64,000 bases of DNA. Source: Alphaproteobacteria bacterium (GTDB taxonomy: Bacteria; Pseudomonadota; Alphaproteobacteria; JAAXGF01). Positions within the stretch are counted from its first letter, which is position 1. The number at the start of each line of letters is the position of its first letter. The stretch lies in contig CAUVXB020000001.1 of assembly GCA_963555825.3 (NCBI GenBank), positions 62,610-126,609 of the forward strand, given 5' to 3'. Below are positions 17,916 through 26,226 of the stretch, in pieces. The translations under genes and the position numbers were made by a program. The notes beneath the pieces are model-generated. The model was not told where the DNA came from and searched no databases. It worked only from the letters and a program-made list of their open reading frames with translations.

Positions 17916-18070
17916 GTGTAAAAAATAGGGCACCGCCCGCTTAATCGTCGAGCGGCGAGACGTCTTCGCGGTGGAGGGATAAACCGGGTCAAAACACCAT
18001 TACGATCCGCAGCCAATGGTGGATGGCGGCTTATACTGATGCGGCAACGACCGCAGGGGGAGGCGCGGCC

Positions 18071-18994
18071 ATGTCGATCCGTCGTCTGAGGACGCTGCTG
18101 GCGATCGCCGAGCGGGGGAGCTTCGCCGGCGCCGCCGCTGACGTGCATGTCTCGCAGGCGGCGGTCAGCATGCAGATGAAGTCGCTCGAGGACGAACTCG
18201 GCGTCACGCTGTTCGACCGAAGCCGGCGGCCGCCCGCGCTCACCCCGTCGGCCCACGCCCTGCTGCCCAAGGCGCGCGAGATCGTCGGCGGCTACGACGA
18301 CCTGGTCCGCACGGTGCGCGACGGCGGCGGCCTGGCCGGCGAGCTGACCATCGGCGCCCTGCCGACCACCATGACCGGCCTGGTGCCCAAGGCGATCAGC
18401 GCGCTGCGCGCGCGCTATCCCGAGCTGCGCGTCCGGGTCGTGCCGGCGCTGTCGGCCGAGCTGATGGCGCAGGTCGAGCGCGGCCAGCTCGACGCGGCGA
18501 TCGTCAGCGAGCCGCCCTATGCCCCCGCCCGTGTCGAATGGTCGGTCTTCGCCGCCGAGCCGCTGGTCGTCGTCGCCGCCGAGGATGCGACGGCCACGAC
18601 GCCCGAGGCGCTGCTCGCCGCGCACCCCTTCATCCGCTTCAATCGCCAGGCCTGGGTCGGCCGGTTGATCGACGAATGGCTTCAGCAAAGCGGCATCCAG
18701 GTCCGCGAGGCGATGGAGCTCGATACGCTCGAGGCGATCGCGACCATGGTGTTCCACGGTCTCGGCGTCTCGATCGTGCCGCTGACCAGCGTGCCGTCAC
18801 CCAACCCGCTGGCGCTCAAGCGCGTGCCGCTGGGTTCCGGCGCGCGGCCCCGGCTGCTCGGCGTCGTCGTCCGGCGAGATTGCCCGAAGCGCCGGCTGAT
18901 CGATCTGTTCCGCGAAGAGCTCGTCGAGCTGGTGCGCGCCGCCGGACGGGCGACGCCGATGGGCCCGACCGCCCTCGGCGGAATTTCGAAATAG
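18071..18994 (+). CDS. LysR-family transcriptional regulator
   Basis: MSIRRLRTLLAIAERGSFAGAAADVHVSQAAVSMQMKSLEDELGVTLFDR is an N-terminal wHTH, followed by a substrate-binding domain. Confidence 0.9.
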   Translation: MSIRRLRTLLAIAERGSFAGAAADVHVSQAAVSMQMKSLEDELGVTLFDRSRRPPALTPSAHALLPKAREIVGGYDDLVRTVRDGGGLAGELTIGALPTTMTGLVPKAISALRARYPELRVRVVPALSAELMAQVERGQLDAAIVSEPPYAPARVEWSVFAAEPLVVVAAEDATATTPEALLAAHPFIRFNRQAWVGRLIDEWLQQSGIQVREAMELDTLEAIATMVFHGLGVSIVPLTSVPSPNPLALKRVPLGSGARPRLLGVVVRRDCPKRRLIDLFREELVELVRAAGRATPMGPTALGGISK

Positions 18995-19101
18995 GTTCAG
19001 AGTTTCTGATATAAAACTTAATTTCAATTTGTTTTTCATTAAGTGAAGTTGATATTAAAATGATTGCCGATCGGTCGGCGGGACTAGGCCCGTCGCGGGC
19101 A

Positions 19102-19845
19102 ATGGACTTCCCAATGACGGCTGACGGCACGGCGCAACTCGACGTCTCGGTCTGGCGCGGCGATGGCGGTGGCGGGCGCTTCGTGCGCTATGCCGTGCCC
19201 GACCGCGAGAGCCAGACCGTGCTCGACGTGGTGACCTGGATCCAGCGCCGCCTCGACCCCACGCTCGCCTACCGTTTCTCCTGCCGCGTCGGCATGTGCG
19301 GTTCCTGCGCCATGACGGTCAACGGCAAGCCGCGCTGGACCTGCCGCAGCCACGTGCGCAAGGTCGCCAAGGACGGCCGTCTCGAGATCGGACCGTTGCG
19401 CAACCTGCCGGTCATCAAGGACCTCGCCTGCGACATGACCGTGTTCTTCGACAAATGGGTCAAGGCCGAGGGCCGCTTCGTGCCGACCGCGACGCGCGCC
19501 GATCCGGTGGCGCCGATCTCGCCCGCGACGCCGGCGCGCCAGGCGGCCGACGCCGCGATCGAATGCATCAACTGCGCGGTCTGCTACGCTGCCTGCGACG
19601 TCGTCGCGTGGCAGCCGTCCTATCTCGGCCCGGCCGCGCTGAACCGCTCCTGGACGCTGGTCAACGACGAACGCGACGGCGGGCAGGGCGCGCGGCTGCG
19701 CGCCGTCGCGGGCGACGCCGGCTGCCACAACTGCCACAGCCACCAAAGCTGCATGACCCATTGCCCGGTCGAGCTCAACCCGACCGCGTCGATCGCCGGA
19801 CTCAAGCGCGCCACGGCGCTGGCCGCGCTCAAAGGCGAACTCTGA
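19102..19845 (+). CDS. Succinate dehydrogenase/fumarate reductase-type iron-sulfur subunit
   Basis: Cys clusters CRVGMCGSC, CINCAVCYAAC and CHNCHSHQSCMTHCP. Confidence 0.85.
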   Translation: MDFPMTADGTAQLDVSVWRGDGGGGRFVRYAVPDRESQTVLDVVTWIQRRLDPTLAYRFSCRVGMCGSCAMTVNGKPRWTCRSHVRKVAKDGRLEIGPLRNLPVIKDLACDMTVFFDKWVKAEGRFVPTATRADPVAPISPATPARQAADAAIECINCAVCYAACDVVAWQPSYLGPAALNRSWTLVNDERDGGQGARLRAVAGDAGCHNCHSHQSCMTHCPVELNPTASIAGLKRATALAALKGEL

Positions 19846-20174
19846 TGCTCGGCATCCGTCTCTACCTCGCCCAGCGCTTGACCGCGATGATCATGGCGCC
19901 GCTCGTGATCGGTCACATCGCGTCGATGATCTATGCCGTTCGGGGCGGGCTCGACGCCGCCGAGGTGCTCTCGCGCACCCAGGGGAGCGTCCTGTGGGGG
20001 CTGTTCTACGGCATCTTCGTTGTCGCCGTCTCGATCCACGCCGCGATCGGCCTGCGCGTCGTGGTGCACGAGCATCTGAAGCTCGCCGGCCGGGCGCTCG
20101 ACGGCTTTACGCTCGTCGTCGGCCTCGGCCTGCTGGCGCTCGGCGGCCGCGCGGTCGTCGCGGTGGTACTGTGA
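19845..20174 (+). CDS. Small hydrophobic membrane-anchor subunit (SdhD/FrdD-like)
   Basis: 109 aa, three hydrophobic helices. The start overlaps the upstream stop (TGATG). SIHAAIGL is a possible haem-ligand His. Confidence 0.65.
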   Translation: MLGIRLYLAQRLTAMIMAPLVIGHIASMIYAVRGGLDAAEVLSRTQGSVLWGLFYGIFVVAVSIHAAIGLRVVVHEHLKLAGRALDGFTLVVGLGLLALGGRAVVAVVL

Positions 20175-20515
20175 TGATCCGGCCGCACCGCAACCATCCG
20201 CTCTGGTTCGCCTTCGCGCTGCACCGGCTGTCGGGCGTCTGTCTGGCGCTGTTCCTGCCGGCGCACTTTTACGTGCTCGGCCTGGCGCTGACCGAGCCCG
20301 CCGCGCTCGACGGCTTCTTGCAGTGGACCGACGCACCGCTGGTCAAGGCGGCCGAAATGGGGCTGGTCGGCCTGCTTGCGGTCCATCTGTTCGGCGGCCT
20401 GCGCCTGCTCGCCCTGGAATTCCTGCCGTGGCGCGACTGGCAGAAGAGCGCCGCGGCGACCGCCGCCGCCGTCTCGCTGTTCGTCGCCGGCGGCTTCCTG
20501 TTCAATGCGGTTTAG
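20174..20515 (+). CDS. Membrane-anchor/cytochrome b-type subunit (SdhC/FrdC-like)
   Basis: 113 aa. The HRLSGVCLALFLPAHF motif is typical of SdhC-like subunits. TGATG start overlap. Confidence 0.65.
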   Translation: MIRPHRNHPLWFAFALHRLSGVCLALFLPAHFYVLGLALTEPAALDGFLQWTDAPLVKAAEMGLVGLLAVHLFGGLRLLALEFLPWRDWQKSAAATAAAVSLFVAGGFLFNAV

Positions 20516-21049
20516 CCCGGACTTCTCACCATGGACAGGTGCGGCACGGCAGATATCGGACGACAAGCTAGGAAAGGCGTGTAGCGCGATGCCAGTACTC
20601 CCTTGCACGATTCCACGGCACGTAGGATCGCGTTTCCCGTTTCCTCGGCAGTCGGGGGCGTGACGGCGATGCCTTGGCATCGCAGAGCGTTCCCGACGCC
20701 CCGAGGGGGCGGGAAACGCGACCTGCAGGGCGGCCTTGCGCGGCCGCCGGCGGCGTTGCCCGGCGCTTGCGATGCGCCCAGCATCACGGCGCGCCGGGCG
20801 CCTTGCCGGACGACCGCGCAAGGCCGTCCTACGTACCGTGGAATCGTGCAAGTGAGTACTCGCGCATCGGGCAAGCGCATTGACGCCGCCTGTCGTCCGA
20901 GATCCGCCGCCCTTAAGGGTCGCGCCGGGCGGGGCGGGCGCGGCGTCGAAGACCTTGACCGTGGCCCAGGCCACGCTCGGCGGCCTTCTCCTGGCGGATC
21001 GGCTCCGCCCGACGCGATGACGCGCCTGTCCATGGTGAGAAATCCGGGC
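20515..21049. mobile_element. 535-bp palindromic MITE-like element flanked by TA
   Basis: 25-bp terminal inverted repeats: GCCCGGACTTCTCACCATGGACAGG (20515-) versus the reverse complement of 21025-21049 (24/25). Nested internal inverted repeats, for example cttgcacgattccacggcacgtagga near 20600 and its complement near 20830. TA lies at 20513-14 and 21050-51. Confidence 0.8.
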
Positions 21050-21055
21050 TAGCCG

Positions 21056-22786
21056 ATGATCGAACGCCATGACACCGACGTTTTGATCCTGGGCAGCGGC
21101 GGCGCCGGGCTGTTCGCCGCGCTGCACGCCCTGAAGGCCGCGCCCGAGGCCAAGATCACCATCGCGGTCAAGGGGCTGATGGGAAAAAGCGGCTGCACGC
21201 GTATGGTGCAGGGCGGCTACAACGTCGCGCTGTCGTCCGGTGATTCGGTCGAGCGGCACTTCATGGACACGATCGCCGGCGGCAAATGGCTGCCCAACCA
21301 GGACATGGCGTGGCGGCTGTGCGAGACCGCCGTGACCCGCGTCCAGGAACTCGAAAACGAGATCGGCTGTTTCTTCGACCGCAACCCCGACGGCACGCTG
21401 CACCACAAGGCCTTCGCCGGCCAGACCTTCGACCGCACGGTCCACAAGGGCGATCTGACCGGCATCGAGATCATCAGCCGGCTGATGGAGCAGGTGCTGG
21501 CGCGGCCCATCGAGCGCATGGAGGAGCACCGCGCACTCGCCTTCATCCCGACCAAGGATGGCGCCGCGTTGGCCGGCGTGCTGCTCGTCGACATGCGCCG
21601 CGGCGTCTTTCGTTTCGTCCGCGCCAAGGCGGTACTGCTCGCCACCGGCGGCGGGCCGACGATGTATCGCTACCACACGCCGTCGGGCGACAAGACGATG
21701 GACGGGCTGGCCATGGCGCTGCGCGCTGGGCTCACGTTGCGTGACATGGAGATGGTGCAGTTCCACCCGACCGGTCTGCTTGCCGGCCACGACACGCGGA
21801 TGACCGGCACGGTGCTCGAAGAGGGCCTGCGCGGCGCTGGCGGTTACCTGCTCGACGGTGACGGGCGGCGCTTCATGTTCGATTACGACACCCTGGGCGA
21901 ACGGGCGACCCGCGACATCGTCAGCCGCGGAATCTACGACGAGATGCGCCGCGGCCGGACGACGCCCAACGGCGGCGTCTACATCCAGATGAGCCATCTC
22001 GGCCCCGACGACGTGCGTGCGCGATTCAGCGGCATGGTCAAGCGCTGCGCCGACTGCGGCTTCGACCTCGCCGGCGGCCGGGTCGAGGTCGTGCCGACGG
22101 CGCATTACTTCATGGGCGGCGTGGTCTGCGATACCGACACGCGGACCACCTTGCCCGGCCTCTACGTCGCCGGCGAGGACGCTGGCGGCGCCCACGGCGC
22201 CAACCGGCTGGGCGGCAACGGCGTCGCCAACTCGACCGTCTTCGGCGGCATCGCGGGCGATGTCATGGGCCCGGCGGCGGTCTCCGGCGGCGCCTTGCGC
22301 GAGCCCGACGAGGCGCTGATCGAGGCCGAAGTCGCCCGCGCCCGGCACCCGTTCACCAAGAAACCGGGCGACGCAAACGCGTTGCGCGACCGGCTGATGG
22401 ATACGATGTGGGACGACGTCGGCGTGTTGCGCACCGCCGAGGGTCTCGCCCGCGGGCTTGCCACGCTCGCCGACATCGGCGCCGAGCTGATGGCGATCGG
22501 CCTGGCGGACGACGATATCGTGTTCAACATGACCTGGCATGATTGGCTCAACTTGCGTAGCCTGATCGAGGTCAGCGAGGCGATCACCCGGGCCGCGCTG
22601 GCGCGCGAGAACTCGCGCGGCGCCCACTATCGCGAGGACTTCCCCGACCAGGGCGAGCTCGCGACCTCGACCTTCACAGTGGTGCGCCGCGAGGGCGACG
22701 CGCTGACGGTTGGCCGACAGCCGGTCGACTTCACCATCGTCCGGCCCGGCGAGACGCTGCTCGACGACAAGGAGGCAACGGCATGA
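21056..22786 (+). CDS. Succinate dehydrogenase/fumarate reductase-type flavoprotein subunit
   Basis: DVLILGSGGAGLFAAL, QFHPTG, ERATRDIVSR, PTAHYFMGG and GAHGANRLGGNG. The covalent-FAD His position reads Cys (KSGCTRMVQGG) by my alignment. Confidence 0.85.
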   Translation: MIERHDTDVLILGSGGAGLFAALHALKAAPEAKITIAVKGLMGKSGCTRMVQGGYNVALSSGDSVERHFMDTIAGGKWLPNQDMAWRLCETAVTRVQELENEIGCFFDRNPDGTLHHKAFAGQTFDRTVHKGDLTGIEIISRLMEQVLARPIERMEEHRALAFIPTKDGAALAGVLLVDMRRGVFRFVRAKAVLLATGGGPTMYRYHTPSGDKTMDGLAMALRAGLTLRDMEMVQFHPTGLLAGHDTRMTGTVLEEGLRGAGGYLLDGDGRRFMFDYDTLGERATRDIVSRGIYDEMRRGRTTPNGGVYIQMSHLGPDDVRARFSGMVKRCADCGFDLAGGRVEVVPTAHYFMGGVVCDTDTRTTLPGLYVAGEDAGGAHGANRLGGNGVANSTVFGGIAGDVMGPAAVSGGALREPDEALIEAEVARARHPFTKKPGDANALRDRLMDTMWDDVGVLRTAEGLARGLATLADIGAELMAIGLADDDIVFNMTWHDWLNLRSLIEVSEAITRAALARENSRGAHYREDFPDQGELATSTFTVVRREGDALTVGRQPVDFTIVRPGETLLDDKEATA

Positions 22787-23712
22787 TCAAGATCGACCGC
22801 ATCGAAGAGGTCGCCTTCGAGCTGATGGCCAAGGCCAGCATCGAGATCCCGGCCGACTTCCGCGAAGGCATCAAGGGCATGGCCGACGAGGAGACCGAGG
22901 AGCTCTCCAAGTTCGTGCTGCAGACCATGATCGAGAACTGGGAGGCGGCGGAACTCGACCGCCGGCCGATGTGCGCCGACACCGGCCTGCCACGTTACTA
23001 CGTCAAGGCCGGCAACGAGGCGCGAATCGAGGGCGGCTTCGTCGCGCTCGAGAAGGCGCTGCGCAGCGCCACCGCGCGCGCGACCCAGGCGATCCCGCTG
23101 CGACCCAACCGGGTCCACCCGATCAGCCGCAAGGACCTCAACAACAACGTCGGCCAGCACGCGCCCGAGGTGCAGTACGCCTTCGAGCCCGACGGCGACT
23201 GGCTCGACATCACCACGGTCCACAAGGGCGGGCTGTTCGGCACCGACTACCGCATGCTGTTCCCGGGCGACGGCATCGACGGCATCAAGCGTTTTTTCCT
23301 CGACGTCATGGTGCAGTTTGGCCGCCGCGGCCTGGCCTGCCAGCCGGCGATCGTCGGCGTCGGGCTCGGCGGCAACAAGGACACCTGCATGCGCCTCGGC
23401 AAGGAGGCCGCGTGCCTCAGGCCGGTCGGCGAGCGCAACCCCGATCCCGAGATCGCCACGCTCGAGCTGGAACTCAAGGAGCTCGGCAATTCGATCGGCA
23501 TGGGGCCGATGGGCTTCGTCGGTCATTCGATGGTGATCGATTGCAACATCGAGATCGGCTACACCCACACCGGCGGCATGCCAATCAGCGTGCACACCTT
23601 CTGCCTGTCGTCGCGCCGCGCCACGGCCCGCATCTTCGCCGACGGCGCGATCGAATACCGCGCCGACCCGAAATGGTTCACCCCCTACTACCGGCGGGAG
23701 GGCATCCAATGA
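22783..23712 (+). CDS. Fe-S hydro-lyase alpha subunit (class I fumarate hydratase / L-tartrate dehydratase TtdA-type)
   Basis: RPMCADTGLPRYYVKAG, HKGGLFGTDYRML and VGVGLGGNKD match the fumarate hydratase N-terminal domain pattern. Confidence 0.8.
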   Translation: MIKIDRIEEVAFELMAKASIEIPADFREGIKGMADEETEELSKFVLQTMIENWEAAELDRRPMCADTGLPRYYVKAGNEARIEGGFVALEKALRSATARATQAIPLRPNRVHPISRKDLNNNVGQHAPEVQYAFEPDGDWLDITTVHKGGLFGTDYRMLFPGDGIDGIKRFFLDVMVQFGRRGLACQPAIVGVGLGGNKDTCMRLGKEAACLRPVGERNPDPEIATLELELKELGNSIGMGPMGFVGHSMVIDCNIEIGYTHTGGMPISVHTFCLSSRRATARIFADGAIEYRADPKWFTPYYRREGIQ

Positions 23713-24383
23713 CCGTGGCCAAGCGCAATACCGTCCGCCTCGAAATGCCGGTCAGCGACGCGGCGCTCGCCGCGCTCGAGCAGGGTGACGTCGTCTTTCT
23801 GGACGGGCTGATCTACACCGCGCGCGAGGGGGTCTATCGCCGCGTGCTCGAGGAAGGGATCGACCTGCCGGTCGATGTCGCAAAGATTTCCAACGTCAAC
23901 TTCCATTGCTCGCCGGCCGCCAGCGTGCGCGACGACGGTTCCTACAACGTCGGCGCGGTGACCGCGACGGCGAGCTTCCGTTTCGCCAAGTGGCTGCCGG
24001 CGTGGTTCGCGCTGACCGGCGCCAAGGTCATTATCGGCAAGGGCGGCATGTCGGAAGAGACCTACCGCGAGCAGTTCGTGCCGCGCGGCGCGCGCTATTT
24101 GACGACCGTCGGCTACGGCACCGGCGCGCTGCTCGGCCGTGGCATCAAGCGCACGGTAGGCGCCCACTGGATCGCCGAGCTGGGCAACGCCCAGGCGCTG
24201 TGGATCTTCGAGGTCGAGAACTTCGGGCCCTTCATCGTCGACAGCGCGGCCGACGGCTCGAGCCTGTTCGAGCGCTCGAACCGCCAACTGAATGCGCGCA
24301 TCGACAAGCTTTACGAAGGTCTCAAGCCGGCCGCGCTCGGCCGCTACGGCGAAACCACCTCGCGCGAAGACGAAGTCATCTGA
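23709..24383 (+). CDS. Fe-S hydro-lyase beta subunit (fumarase C-terminal domain / TtdB-type)
   Basis: GDVVFLDGLIYTAREGVYRR...KVIIGKGGMSEET. ATGA start/stop overlap with the alpha subunit. Confidence 0.8.
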   Translation: MTVAKRNTVRLEMPVSDAALAALEQGDVVFLDGLIYTAREGVYRRVLEEGIDLPVDVAKISNVNFHCSPAASVRDDGSYNVGAVTATASFRFAKWLPAWFALTGAKVIIGKGGMSEETYREQFVPRGARYLTTVGYGTGALLGRGIKRTVGAHWIAELGNAQALWIFEVENFGPFIVDSAADGSSLFERSNRQLNARIDKLYEGLKPAALGRYGETTSREDEVI

Positions 24384-24433
24384 TCGAACCAGGCGCGCGC
24401 CACCAACGCTTGTTTCCAACAACGCGAGAAAAA

Positions 24434-24490
24434 GGTGGCAGACACCATTATTATTAATTGATAAATCGACATATAATGGTGTCTGCCACC
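24434..24490. terminator. Bidirectional hairpin between convergent genes
   Basis: Perfect 17-bp stem ggtggcagacaccatta / taatggtgtctgccacc with an A/T-rich loop, flanked by aaaaa and ttt. Confidence 0.7.
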
Positions 24491-24563
24491 TTTAGCCGAG
24501 CCCTTTCGTCATGACTAGGCTGAAGTCGCGATGTTTGTCGGATGGCTTTGGGCGGATCGGCTA

Positions 24564-25244
24564 TTACTGGTGGCCGCCGCCGCCCTCGTCGGTCGGCAGA
24601 CCGACCTCGATGGTCGGCGGACCGCCCGCGTTGTCGGCGAGCCCGATGTCGAAGGCCGGCGCGTCGACGCCCTCGGTGACCTTGCCGGTCGGGTCGACGC
24701 TGACGCCCATGGCGATGCCGAGGCCGGCCGACTGGCCGCCGCGTAGCGCGGTGACGACGCTGCTGCCGCGGAACATGTACACCGTCGTCGTGCCGTCGGC
24801 GCCGACACGGACGACGAGGTCGGTGCCGCGAATGCCGATCAGCGCGACGGGCGTGCGCAGTTGGATACTTCGCTTGTCGAGCTTGCCGGTGATGAAGCGG
24901 AACACGCCCTCGCCCAGGTCGAGCACCATCTCGCCGGCGCGGGTGTCGGGGTCGTAGACGAAGCGGTCGAGCGTGACCTGGCTGGACGAGCCGAGGCGAA
25001 GCCGGGTCTCGTCGAGGAACTGGAGATGCAGGGCGCCGTCCTTGATGGTTTCGACCAGTTCGTCGGTCACCACGGCGTCGGTCCGGTAGAGCATCTCCTT
25101 GGCGCCCTCGGGCGCCGTGCCCCAGGCCCGCACCCTGATCCGCTCGACATTGCCGATCTCGCCGGCGGCCATGGCAACCGGCACACCGATTGTCAATAAA
25201 ATTGCCGCCCAGGCCAAGCTGGCGGCCAACGATTTACCCATCAT
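24564..25244 (-). CDS. Secreted FecR-domain protein
   Basis: Signal peptide MMGKSLAASLAWAAILLTIGVPVAMA, followed by a beta-rich FecR-like region (...DGALHLQFLDETRLRLGSSSQVTLD...). Confidence 0.6.
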   Translation of the reverse strand: MMGKSLAASLAWAAILLTIGVPVAMAAGEIGNVERIRVRAWGTAPEGAKEMLYRTDAVVTDELVETIKDGALHLQFLDETRLRLGSSSQVTLDRFVYDPDTRAGEMVLDLGEGVFRFITGKLDKRSIQLRTPVALIGIRGTDLVVRVGADGTTTVYMFRGSSVVTALRGGQSAGLGIAMGVSVDPTGKVTEGVDAPAFDIGLADNAGGPPTIEVGLPTDEGGGGHQ

Positions 25245-25485
25245 CCCAACACCCTCCGGCCCTCGAGCCCACGTCACACAAGCGGTCGGCACCCACACCG
25301 GCCGGCCGCCCGATGACGACCATACACAGAAAGCCGCCATCTGTCGATCAATTCACCGCAGGAACCCGGCGTAAGCCCCCGATTCGGCGCAATATTCCGA
25401 TGCCGACCGTCGATCCGAGCCGCGACAGACGGCCGCAACTGGTCTATCGTCGCACCGAGGACATATCCTGGGAGGAGAGGCGAGG

Positions 25486-26226
25486 ATGGACGCGCGGCTG
25501 ACCGACTACAAGGTTCTGACCTTCGACTGTTATGGCACTCTGATCGACTGGGAATCGGGTATCTGGGACGCGCTCCAGCCATTGCTGATGGCCAACGACT
25601 GCGACGCGATCATGCGCAACCAGGGCCTCGAGGCCTTCGGCAAAATCGAGAACGCCCAGGAGTCGGAAACGCCTGACATGCTCTATCCCGTCGTGCTGGC
25701 GCGGGTTCACGCGAGCTTTTCCGCGCGGTTCAACTTGCGCGTGACCGACGAACTCACCGCCGCGTTCAGCGCCTCGGTGCCCCATTGGCCGGCCTTCCCC
25801 GATACCGCAGACGCGTTGCGCGCACTCAAGCGGCACTTCAAGCTGGTCATCCTGTCGAACGTCGACCGCGATGGCTTCGCCGCGTCGAACCGCAAGCTGG
25901 GCGTCGCCTTCGACGCTATCTACACGGCCGAGGACGTCGGCTCGTACAAGCCGACGCCGCGCAATTTCGAATACATGTTGGAACGCTTGAGCGCCGATCT
26001 CGGGCTCGATGCGGGCGACGTGCTGCACACCGCGCAGAGCCTGTTCCACGATCATGTTCCGGCGCGCGCCTTCGGCCTCGCCAACGCCTGGATCGACCGG
26101 CAGGGACTCGACCAGGGCGGCAACTGGGGCGCGACGGCGCCGGTCGCCGAGCGGCCCGAGGTCGACTTCCTGTTTCCCACCATGGCCGCGATGGCCGAGG
26201 CGACGCGCGCCGAGGCGAGCGGCTAG
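25486..26226 (+). CDS. HAD-superfamily hydrolase, haloacid dehalogenase type II-like
   Basis: LTFDCYGTLIDWE (DxYGT), ILSNVD, YKPTPRNFEY. Confidence 0.8.
   Translation: MDARLTDYKVLTFDCYGTLIDWESGIWDALQPLLMANDCDAIMRNQGLEAFGKIENAQESETPDMLYPVVLARVHASFSARFNLRVTDELTAAFSASVPHWPAFPDTADALRALKRHFKLVILSNVDRDGFAASNRKLGVAFDAIYTAEDVGSYKPTPRNFEYMLERLSADLGLDAGDVLHTAQSLFHDHVPARAFGLANAWIDRQGLDQGGNWGATAPVAERPEVDFLFPTMAAMAEATRAEASG

Noticed and set aside
20512-21052. 173-aa and 149-aa ORFs inside the 535-bp palindromic element
   Set aside because: They are mirror-image readings of the two hairpin arms (for example ...SPDFSPWTG / ...SMVRNPG), have no starts with an RBS, and have repetitive composition.
20006-22627. 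873-aa ORF antisense to the SDH-like genes and running through the MITE
   Set aside because: It is antisense to clearly coding frames, has Arg/Ala/Gly-rich low-complexity composition, and crosses a palindromic repeat. It is a GC-driven open frame.
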